Shown: piece by piece, positions 9,132 through 17,220 of the stretch | Layout: every line of letters starts with the position of its first letter | How positions within the stretch are numbered: the stretch's first letter is position 1 | Assembly (NCBI GenBank): GCA_011364905.1 | Contig: RDNZ01000005.1 | Span: forward strand, 1-64,000 | Length of the DNA stretch: 64,000 bases | Origin: Candidatus Thorarchaeota archaeon | GTDB taxonomy: Archaea; Asgardarchaeota; Thorarchaeia; Thorarchaeales; Thorarchaeaceae | Direction: 5' to 3' | Notes under the pieces: generated by a model | The model's database searches: none | What the model saw: only the letters and a program-made list of their open reading frames with translations | What the model was told of the DNA's origin: nothing | Made by a program: the position numbers and the translations under genes

Positions 9132-10259
9132 TTATTTTTTCCTAGGTGTGCCTTTCAGCAAATCAAGCTCTCGTTTGCATTGCCATACAAGATAGAATAT
9201 CTTCTTGGTCGCTAGGGTTTCTTCATCATAGTTAGAACAGAGATTCTCAAACTTCTGGATCAAGCTGTCTCTGGTTGCAGGACTATTGGTGGATTTAATC
9301 TCATCTAGGAGTGCCTCAAAGGGAGCCATGGTGGATGCAAGGTCGGTGACCTCCCAACGAATTATCGCGCCAGTACCATCTGCGGTGAGGAAAGACGATG
9401 TCTTGGGATACCACTCAATTCCATCAATCTCACCCATCGTTGACGCTTCGCCTAGAGTTTCAAACTTGGCTGTATCCCAAAGGTAGACCGTCTTATCGCT
9501 CGAACCAGAGGCAAGATATTTGCCATCCTCACTGAAACAGAGAGCTCGAACCTCTGTGTTATGAGCATGAAGAACCTGCTCGACTCTCATGGGAGTACCG
9601 GCTGAATCCCAGAGAATCAGACTAAGATCTGACGAGCCCGAAGCAAGTTTTAATCCATCGAATGAGAATCGGACCTGATGAACTGCTGCACGATGGTCAC
9701 TATGACGGTGGAGCATCTCGCCAGAGTTTGCGTCCCACTCGCAGATATTGGCATCTACAGACCCAGATACGATTCGATTGCCCTGTGGGTCCCAGTCGCA
9801 TGTCACGACGTAGAAGCCATGCCCTTTCAAATGATGCTTCATGGTATGGTCTTCAACATCCCAAATCATGAGAGTCGTGTCTCCACTTCCTGAAACCAGT
9901 TCGTTCCCATCAGGTGAAAATGCAAGTGAAAGAATGGGATACTCATGGCCACCCATTGTGGCCAGGCAGTCGCCTGTTTTAATATCCCAAAGCTTCACAA
10001 CTCGTTCTACACTTCCGGTCGCAAGGATATCACCTTTTGGACTAAAGGCAATAGATGTGCAGAGAAATTCATCCTGCATACGTTGCATTTCTTCACCAGT
10101 ATCTGCGAAATAAAGACGGATGCTTCGATCCTGTAACGCAGCAGCAAACATCCTTCCAACTCTGTTCATGGCAAAGCGTCGAGTAATCTCTGACCCACGC
10201 TCAGCTTGATCCCGCAGGATTATTGGCTTGAGGAAAATCGAGGACTCTTGGCTCTCCAT
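9132..10259 (-). CDS. WD40 beta-propeller protein with short helical C-terminus
   Basis: About 7 repeats of GH..V..FSPDG..LASGS.D..V.LWD. Confidence 0.92.
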   Translation of the reverse strand: MESQESSIFLKPIILRDQAERGSEITRRFAMNRVGRMFAAALQDRSIRLYFADTGEEMQRMQDEFLCTSIAFSPKGDILATGSVERVVKLWDIKTGDCLATMGGHEYPILSLAFSPDGNELVSGSGDTTLMIWDVEDHTMKHHLKGHGFYVVTCDWDPQGNRIVSGSVDANICEWDANSGEMLHRHSDHRAAVHQVRFSFDGLKLASGSSDLSLILWDSAGTPMRVEQVLHAHNTEVRALCFSEDGKYLASGSSDKTVYLWDTAKFETLGEASTMGEIDGIEWYPKTSSFLTADGTGAIIRWEVTDLASTMAPFEALLDEIKSTNSPATRDSLIQKFENLCSNYDEETLATKKIFYLVWQCKRELDLLKGTPRKK

Positions 10260-10442
10260 TTATGTCACGCACAGACCTATTTTTGGCAGCTCGAGGCAGG
10301 AGGCTGCGTAAAAGTGTTGTTAATACGTCGTTAAAGAACTCGTATATCTAAGCATTATGCGTCCGGTCACACCAAGAAATTAATGTCACATCACAGCAAT
10401 CATTATCAAGCGTCGAAATGCCCGTCAGTAGGAGGGTGACCC

Positions 10443-11666
10443 TTGGCTGAGAAAGACGAGAGAAAAATTCTATCCGCACTTGGTGGAGGAGAGTCTGTAA
10501 GTCGTCTTAGGAAAGCAGTTAGAGGGGTACTGAGAAAATCAGATGATGCCGTAGACAAAATGCTGTCAGAACTAACGAGTATTCAGGCCTGTAAGGATGC
10601 CGCATTGACTGGAGATGATGATATCCGGCTTTTGGCTGTCTGCAGACTTGGGGAGTTTGGCGCAGAAGCGTTTGAAGCTCTCGATATATCTCTCAATGAT
10701 GAAAATCCTCTGGTTAGGACCATGGCTGCTGGAATGCTGGCGTTTACCGAGGATAAAGAAGCAATAGACATCTTGAAACCCTATCTCCGTGACAATGACG
10801 AAACAGTAAGAGATGCTGTCAAATACTCCCTCGGTTGGCTTGAGAAAAATGCATCAGAGAAGCTCCATGGAACAAGAATTCCCGACAGGTGTGAGAATCC
10901 AGCAGAGATTCTACTCGATTCTGATGCAATACCATTGAAAACTTCGGAAGATGTGGAAGTGACTAGTACCTATTCAGCGCAGCCTGAAAGTCTCGAATTT
11001 GGGATGACAATTGAGAACAATACTCTGGAGTCAATTCATGAGGTTTGCATCAAAGTCTTGTCGTATCCAAAAGAGAGTTTGGAGCCATTAGATTCGCTTA
11101 ATCAAAATATTGAGGCGATAGAACCAGGCGGGACAGAAGCACTGATTTTCGGGTTCAAGGTGACCCATGAAATCGTGGAAGGAGAGTTTGTCACTTCGGT
11201 CCAGTTTATTGATTCCAACGGTGAAGACATTGCTGCAATCTCGGGCAACATCTTTGTGAGATCCCTTTTCGAACAAATACTTCCACTTGATATGACACCT
11301 GAGGAGCTTCTCAGTCTGAAATCGGAAATGAAGGAGTGGAACAGAGAACACTCACTGGCTGTAGAAGCAAAGGAGCTGTTTGAAATTCTTAAGGATCTTT
11401 ACCAGAGTTGGAATCTACATATTATCCAAACTGAAAACACTGAGAGAAAGAAGCTCTTCATGGGAGTCATATCCGGATCCGCAAAGGGAAGAATCAATCA
11501 AAGTAAGTTGGTGGTCACTCTCACTGTCGTGGGTAGACTGAATGATAACCTCTCAAAACTACGCATTGATGTTCTGTCAGAAGACCCAGAAGCATTGCAC
11601 ACAATCGCCAGTGTGCTGTTTGAAACAATTCAGAGAAAACTAGGCGTTATAGAAATGGAAGACTAA
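10443..11666 (+). CDS. HEAT-repeat protein with adaptin/COP appendage-like C-terminus
   Basis: HEAT-PBS repeats (DENPLVRTMAA, DNDETVRDAV), Ig-like segment (MTIENN..IEPGG), platform-like alpha/beta tail. Confidence 0.65.
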   Translation: MAEKDERKILSALGGGESVSRLRKAVRGVLRKSDDAVDKMLSELTSIQACKDAALTGDDDIRLLAVCRLGEFGAEAFEALDISLNDENPLVRTMAAGMLAFTEDKEAIDILKPYLRDNDETVRDAVKYSLGWLEKNASEKLHGTRIPDRCENPAEILLDSDAIPLKTSEDVEVTSTYSAQPESLEFGMTIENNTLESIHEVCIKVLSYPKESLEPLDSLNQNIEAIEPGGTEALIFGFKVTHEIVEGEFVTSVQFIDSNGEDIAAISGNIFVRSLFEQILPLDMTPEELLSLKSEMKEWNREHSLAVEAKELFEILKDLYQSWNLHIIQTENTERKKLFMGVISGSAKGRINQSKLVVTLTVVGRLNDNLSKLRIDVLSEDPEALHTIASVLFETIQRKLGVIEMED

Positions 11667-11668
11667 CT

Positions 11669-12235
11669 CTAGGCTAGTCCACCAGCCTCAAGAATCTTAA
11701 TGGCTAGTTCTAAGAAAGCAGCCTCAACGTTTTGTCCAGTTTTTGCACTTGTTTCAAGAAATGAGGTTATAACACCCTGAGAGGCAATCTTGTTGGCTAG
11801 TTGCAGTCCCTCTTCAGTGGTTACAATAGTCTGAGCCATCACAGGATTGTCCTTGAATTGGTCACGGAGGTCGGTCTTGTTTGCAATAAGAACGATTGGA
11901 ATCTTCTTGTTAGCATTGGTCCAGCATTCTTCTACCCAGTTCATGAGGTTATCGAAGGATTTTCTCTCCACGGTAGAATAGACAGCTAGTGCCCCCTGCG
12001 CACCTTTGTAGAAGGTCGAACGGACACTCTTGAAGTGTTCCTGCCCGGCAAGGTCCCAAATCTGTATCGACACATCATGGCCGCCCTCTAGCTGCATCTT
12101 CTTAACAGCGAAGTCTGCCCCGATGGTGATCATATAGTTTGCACGGAAACCTTCCCCCATGTAGGTTCGGCGGAGACTGGTCTTACCGACACTTCCATCT
12201 CCCATCAATACAACCTTGAACAGTGCAGTGACCAT
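11669..12235 (-). CDS. Rab-like small GTPase
   Basis: GDGSVGKT, TIGADF, WDLAGQ, FYKGA, NKTD, ETSAK. Confidence 0.92.
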   Translation of the reverse strand: MVTALFKVVLMGDGSVGKTSLRRTYMGEGFRANYMITIGADFAVKKMQLEGGHDVSIQIWDLAGQEHFKSVRSTFYKGAQGALAVYSTVERKSFDNLMNWVEECWTNANKKIPIVLIANKTDLRDQFKDNPVMAQTIVTTEEGLQLANKIASQGVITSFLETSAKTGQNVEAAFLELAIKILEAGGLA

Positions 12236-12256
12236 AATCTGTCACCTGTGTAGTGG

Positions 12257-12273
12257 AGTGTCCTGTGGACACT
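12257..12273. promoter_or_regulatory. Perfect 7-3-7 inverted repeat upstream of the Rab-like gene (possible operator or leader hairpin)
   Basis: AGTGTCC-TGT-GGACACT. Confidence 0.35.
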
Positions 12274-12465
12274 AGCGCGGTATTTGATATTTCTGCTATA
12301 TGAGTCTATGTGGATTGTACAATTAGGCAAGTGTGCTGTTAGGATAAAGGCAAGAAACGAGTTTCAAAGGTAGCACAGCTGCGTATCACAGTTAGTTGAA
12401 ATTCATTTTGGTTGGTTCCACACGAAGTTGAGAACAGGGAGTTGTTCCCTCAAGCTAAAGACAAA

Positions 12466-13740
12466 TCAAGAGTCCGTGGCGACAAGTCGTTGTTTTGCTG
12501 CTTGAAGCAAATCGTCAGGCACTTCTCTCTTGAAAGGAATCTTCTTGTTAATCTCTAGATTCTTGATAATCGAATAAGCGAATTTGCCCAGCTCACCTAT
12601 TGTGAATGGCGTGAGAAGTGAAACATCATCAATTGCACTATGGCCGACTTTACCGGTCGTTGTCCCGTAGCTTGCCAGATGTATTGTAGGAATCCCATTC
12701 GCTGTGAATACTTTGTTGTCGCCCCCTGTAGTGGATGCCCGTCGGCAATGAGCAGGGTACTTGTTTCCCACAGATATTTTGGAAACCCAATCGATCATTT
12801 CATCTGTGCCAGACGCGAAGGCTAGCAACATTCCCGGCAACTCGCCAATGCTATCAAAATTGATGCATAGTGCAATATTGTCCAAGTCCACCTGAGATGC
12901 ATAAAACCTCGAGCCTTTCATACCAAATTCCTCCCCTCCGAAAGATACGAATCGATAGCTCAAGCTGGGTTCCTGTTGTGCGAGAATACGAGCGATTTCC
13001 AGCATTATCGCCACGCCTGCTGCATTGTCTGTTGCTCCTTGAGACAATGGATGTGTATCATGATGCGCGCATAACAATACTGTTTGTGGCGATTTCCCTT
13101 TTAGTTTGCATTCAATGCTTTGCATGTTCCCAGACTCTCTAGAACCTTTGACTACCATTTTCATTTGCGAGCCAAACATATTCTCATGTAGAATTCTTGT
13201 CTGTGATGCGGATACGACTATTGATGGGATTCGTGAGAAAGATGGGATTAATTCACTGTTCAAGAAATCCCGGGGAGCCACATCTCTTTCTAGGTCCAGA
13301 AATACTACGCCATCAGGATTCATTGCATAGAGCTTCTTCCACGATTCGGTCGTTTCTCCCGGTCGGTCAACATAGAGAGTGATGACTAACTTGTTCTCAA
13401 CATCTTCACGCTTCAGGCCGTCAATCATCTGATATGATCCAATGTAGGTAGTTTCGGATTCGACGCCTCCAAGAATCGTTGATGCGCTCATCCAACAAGG
13501 GACTCCCTGTATCACTATGCTGTCATCGGGTAATCCCAGAGTCGCAGTCTGAACCTCATAGAAGGAGTGCTCATGACCTAGAATCTGCACTGTCGATAAT
13601 CCAGCGCTCCTGAAGCGTTTTTCTATCAATAGCACTGCACTGATCTCAGCATCGGATCCACTCACACGGGGTCCAATCTTACATAAATCCTCAATTGTCC
13701 TATATGCTGCATCTTGGTCAAAATCTAGATTCCTTGGCAC
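12466..13740 (-). CDS. M28-family aminopeptidase with PA domain
   Basis: GPRVSGS, CAHHD, GATDNAAG, GEEFG, NFD, HSAID. Confidence 0.9.
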   Translation of the reverse strand: MPRNLDFDQDAAYRTIEDLCKIGPRVSGSDAEISAVLLIEKRFRSAGLSTVQILGHEHSFYEVQTATLGLPDDSIVIQGVPCWMSASTILGGVESETTYIGSYQMIDGLKREDVENKLVITLYVDRPGETTESWKKLYAMNPDGVVFLDLERDVAPRDFLNSELIPSFSRIPSIVVSASQTRILHENMFGSQMKMVVKGSRESGNMQSIECKLKGKSPQTVLLCAHHDTHPLSQGATDNAAGVAIMLEIARILAQQEPSLSYRFVSFGGEEFGMKGSRFYASQVDLDNIALCINFDSIGELPGMLLAFASGTDEMIDWVSKISVGNKYPAHCRRASTTGGDNKVFTANGIPTIHLASYGTTTGKVGHSAIDDVSLLTPFTIGELGKFAYSIIKNLEINKKIPFKREVPDDLLQAAKQRLVATDS

Positions 13741-13951
13741 AAACTAACCCTCGTCATCAGACTCGTGATACATGTCGGTGCGATTTAGGTCTTATGACCC
13801 TGACAATTCGGATTGGCTCTGTTAGTCTTATCAAGGAGTCGCCACAAATCATACCCAAAGCAAATCACATTCTCTAATCCACCCAACATCAAATCTTCCA
13901 CGAACGAATTGCGACATATTTTCTATGAAGTATATGATGATATAAGCTAGA

Positions 13952-14052
13952 AAGGAGATGGCGAACACACGGCAGATCGTGGTAGGAGGGAGATTCGTGA
14001 CGATTGAGGGTTTGTTAGGAAAAACTCACCGGTATTTCTCCATGCTTTAACT
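13952..14052. repeat. Dispersed ~100 bp element, copy 1 (homologous to 47852-47950)
   Basis: Shared blocks TGGCGA.CAC, ATCGTGGTAGGAGGG, TTCGT, ATTGAGGG, GAAAAACT, TGCTTT in the same order. Confidence 0.75.
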
Positions 14053-14483
14053 GACGACCTTCGAAAACACTGCCATATAGGCGTCTTTTCATTGATGACT
14101 CTTCGAGCAATTTGCTTATACTTCCAAAACCCGTGGTTCACAATGTTTGAGTCTATTGATACGGTTGCATAAGCCAGAAATTTAAAGGACTTATTCAAAA
14201 CAAATCGCCACATGAATCCATCCTTGTACCAAATAAAGTCAAGCTTCAACTCGTCTTCCGTTACTTCAATCCCCGGTCAAAACAACCTTGGAGAAAGTAG
14301 TTACTACTCAGTTTTCTCATGTTGTTGGACTGTCCCGTATTCGATTCTTCGTGTAGTTCAGTGTGACCGATTAGATGGATAACAAAAGCATTTGTAGGAA
14401 ACAAGATAAGTTCCAATAAATATGTAGATTCAGTGTGGATATCTGCACCTGCAAAACCACGCAAATTCGATTCACCGAAATAT

Positions 14484-15380
14484 CTAACCCTGAAACTTTG
14501 AGAGACTTGTTTCGAGTGTTCGATATCTATCCTTGAGCACATCTTTCTTCTGTTTGTAAACCTCCCAAAGCATGACGTGACATCTAAAATCTGCCTGTTT
14601 AACATCTTCCGCACTATGTAGTGGAAGCCACACCTTAGGCTGTGAGATGTACGCCACCTTACGCTGTGGGATGGGTGTCATTAGTTCTCGTTTTTCAAAA
14701 TACTTCATATCTTTCGCTATAAAACTGAGGGATTTCCAACTTTTGTCTGGTGTAATATCCTGAATCCGATCATGATTAATGAAGTCAGCTGAAGCAGACT
14801 GAGGCAAATCCATGTCATAGAGGAGAAACTGTTTCAGAGTGACTCGCTTGTGGTCAATTGGTAGTCTTGGTCCTATTGCAAGAATTCTCTGATTTGTGAT
14901 TATAATCGCACCTATTCGACCATTTGCATTATTCGAGAATTTCCAAAGCAAATTACCCCTTGATATAGGTGATATGTCATAGAAGGAGAAGGCCCCGAAA
15001 TCAGCGTACTCAATCCGCTCTTCAGAATCGAGAATCAACTCAGCGAAGCGTCGATAAATATCAAAAACAGGACCCACTCCATCATCCGGTTGAAGATATT
15101 CAGGAACTTGAAACGGGAATGTACACCCAAATCGTCTTGTCAGTAACATCAATATAAGACTCGCCGACGGCAACTGGCCAGCACCGGGATAACCACGTTG
15201 GAGGAGCTCGATTCCTTTCCGGTGTAGCTCTTTGCAAAACTCAGGTGAGACGATTAGTTTTGGATCAAAAGGAATCTGTACTTCTTTCTCAAGAAAATCT
15301 TGCAGTTTTTGAACATTCTCCTGAGTAAGTTCAGATTTACTTATAGCGTCTATTTCACCCAAGATCTGAAAGATGTTCAT
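14484..15380 (-). CDS. Hypothetical protein, possible PH/GRAM-like C-terminal domain
   Basis: Long ORF, likely start MNIFQ at 15380; GAIIITNQRILAIG resembles the PH-like G.l.lTn.Rl strand pair. Confidence 0.55.
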   Translation of the reverse strand: MNIFQILGEIDAISKSELTQENVQKLQDFLEKEVQIPFDPKLIVSPEFCKELHRKGIELLQRGYPGAGQLPSASLILMLLTRRFGCTFPFQVPEYLQPDDGVGPVFDIYRRFAELILDSEERIEYADFGAFSFYDISPISRGNLLWKFSNNANGRIGAIIITNQRILAIGPRLPIDHKRVTLKQFLLYDMDLPQSASADFINHDRIQDITPDKSWKSLSFIAKDMKYFEKRELMTPIPQRKVAYISQPKVWLPLHSAEDVKQADFRCHVMLWEVYKQKKDVLKDRYRTLETSLSKFQG

Positions 15381-15614
15381 TACATGACCTAGTGAGGTTT
15401 TTCTAGAAGAATGATAAATATTCTCTGGGTTTACTCGTTGCAATATGATCCAAAGCAAGAAACCTATCTCGCATTCAATATCTAATCACCAGACCAGACA
15501 TGAATATCTATTTTCAACACCTGCCTGCAGCATTAAAAAATCCAAGATAAGCCGATGTAAAGAAGCGAAAGACATCTATCCCTAAAAGACACAGTAAAAT
15601 GAGGAGGCTTTCGT

Positions 15615-16781
15615 TTGGGCCATTCAATTAGTGGGAGATATGTTGGTGTTTCAGCTATATTCGTGATAGGTATAATACTGATTGGAACTGGTTTGTTTTT
15701 CTATTTTAACGAACACTATCCAGGACCAAACGGAACAACTACTACTACTACTACAACCACTACTACAACAGAACCAACAACCACAACCCCGCCACCTCAA
15801 GTGGAGAATCCATATGAAGTAGCCATTGTTTTTACAACTGGAGGTCTCGGAGATCAAGGTACCAACGACGCGTGCTATAGTGGCGTACTCAATGCTCGTT
15901 CAGACTATGGAATCAACTTCACATATGTCGAGCCCACTTCAATCTCCGAGTATGAAACATGGATCAGGTCATATGCAGCGCATTCTGGATACGTCAACTC
16001 CTTTGACCTCATAGTCTGCATTGGGTTCGACCAGAGTGATGCACTAATGACTGTCGCAGAGGAATTCCCAAACCAAAGATTTGCAATAATCGACGCATTC
16101 ATTGATCCTGGCGTATACCCCAATGTTGCATCATGTCTGTTTCAAGAACACGAGGGCTCAGCGTTGGTGGGGGCAATTGCAGGACTGACCACTCAAACAA
16201 ATAGTATTGGCTTCATTGGCGGGATGGACATTGCTCTTGTAAATCGTTACGCAGCCGGGTATGTCTGGGGGGCAAACTTGACCAGTCCGGGTCTCAATCA
16301 TACTGAAATGTACACAAATGACTGGGTTGACACAACCGTTGGCAAAGCTCTGGCTTCAGACATGTATTCATCAGGAGTGGATGTTGTGTTTGGAATGGCT
16401 GGAAGATCCTATCTCGGTGCATTTGACGCTGCAAAGGATGACAATGCGACATCACCTGTTCCACTTTGGGTCATTGGATCAGATTATCCTCAGATGCATT
16501 TCGGGTGTGCAGATCCCAATAACCCACTTCCTCCGACGGTGTGTCTCACCTCGATGCTCAAACGAGTGGATGTGGCAATCTATAACATCATCTATGACGC
16601 TGTAATTGGTACTTGGGCCAGTGGTCTGAAGATCTTCGACCTTTCGAACGGTGGGCTTGGATACGAGATAAACACTGACCTTCTCACACTCCCGCAGTCA
16701 GTAATCAATACTGTAGAGATGATTAAGACAGGGATTATCAATGGAACCTATGTGGTCCCTGATACCATCTACTGGACCTGA
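15615..16781 (+). CDS. BMP/PnrA-family (nucleoside) ABC substrate-binding protein
   Basis: N-terminal TM anchor, Thr-rich linker, GGLGD, FQEHEGSALVG, IGFIGG, TSMLKRVD. Confidence 0.9.
   Translation: MGHSISGRYVGVSAIFVIGIILIGTGLFFYFNEHYPGPNGTTTTTTTTTTTTEPTTTTPPPQVENPYEVAIVFTTGGLGDQGTNDACYSGVLNARSDYGINFTYVEPTSISEYETWIRSYAAHSGYVNSFDLIVCIGFDQSDALMTVAEEFPNQRFAIIDAFIDPGVYPNVASCLFQEHEGSALVGAIAGLTTQTNSIGFIGGMDIALVNRYAAGYVWGANLTSPGLNHTEMYTNDWVDTTVGKALASDMYSSGVDVVFGMAGRSYLGAFDAAKDDNATSPVPLWVIGSDYPQMHFGCADPNNPLPPTVCLTSMLKRVDVAIYNIIYDAVIGTWASGLKIFDLSNGGLGYEINTDLLTLPQSVINTVEMIKTGIINGTYVVPDTIYWT
15733..15795 (+). repeat. ACT/ACA trinucleotide run encoding a poly-Thr linker
   Basis: acaactactactactactacaaccactactaca. 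Confidence 0.8.
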
Positions 16782-16935
16782 AATGCAGTTTACTTTCGGG
16801 AGACTGTCCCCCTCAGGCTCGTACATTTGGAAGGACTAGGGAACTCCATAAAATCCACAATCAACTAGGACTTAACATACTAGCCTGATAGTCAAGAGAC
16901 CGTACTCTGGTACTGCGGGTAACGCCACTAAGAGG

Positions 16936-17220
16936 ATGCAGATCATGGGACGAACTGTCCGCACCTATAGAGATGGAGTCAGGATTGAGGAAGAAAGATG
17001 GAAGGACTTTAGACGGACCCTCAGGCCGTCCCAGAGAGACCGTTTTGACCGTATCTTCGACTATGCGAGGGGGTTCGCAGATGCAGGGACCATGATGGTG
17101 ACACCGCGAATCATTGAGGTCATTCTTCTATCTGCACTTCTAGAGATGCTTGGAGAACTTGATGAGATCAGAGAGAGGGTCCAGGTCTTGGAGAAGAAGA
17201 TTGAGGAGACCACCCCCTGA
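16936..17220 (+). CDS. Small PolB2-associated protein (arCOG07300-like)
   Basis: MGRTV..YR...EE.RWKDFRR.LR...FD; stop overlaps the polB ATG. Confidence 0.7.
   Translation: MQIMGRTVRTYRDGVRIEEERWKDFRRTLRPSQRDRFDRIFDYARGFADAGTMMVTPRIIEVILLSALLEMLGELDEIRERVQVLEKKIEETTP

Noticed and set aside
8568-12235. Calling the two GTPases orthologues of specific eukaryotic Rabs
   Set aside because: No hypervariable tail or prenylation Cys; orthology needs phylogeny
13934-14054. Box C (ATGATGA) ... box D (CTGA) around repeat copy 1
   Set aside because: The span is long for an archaeal C/D guide RNA and the boxes are absent from copy 2
13947-14614. ORFs 13947-14249 and 14261-14614
   Set aside because: No recognisable motifs, atypical composition, and overlap with the repeat or the neighbouring gene
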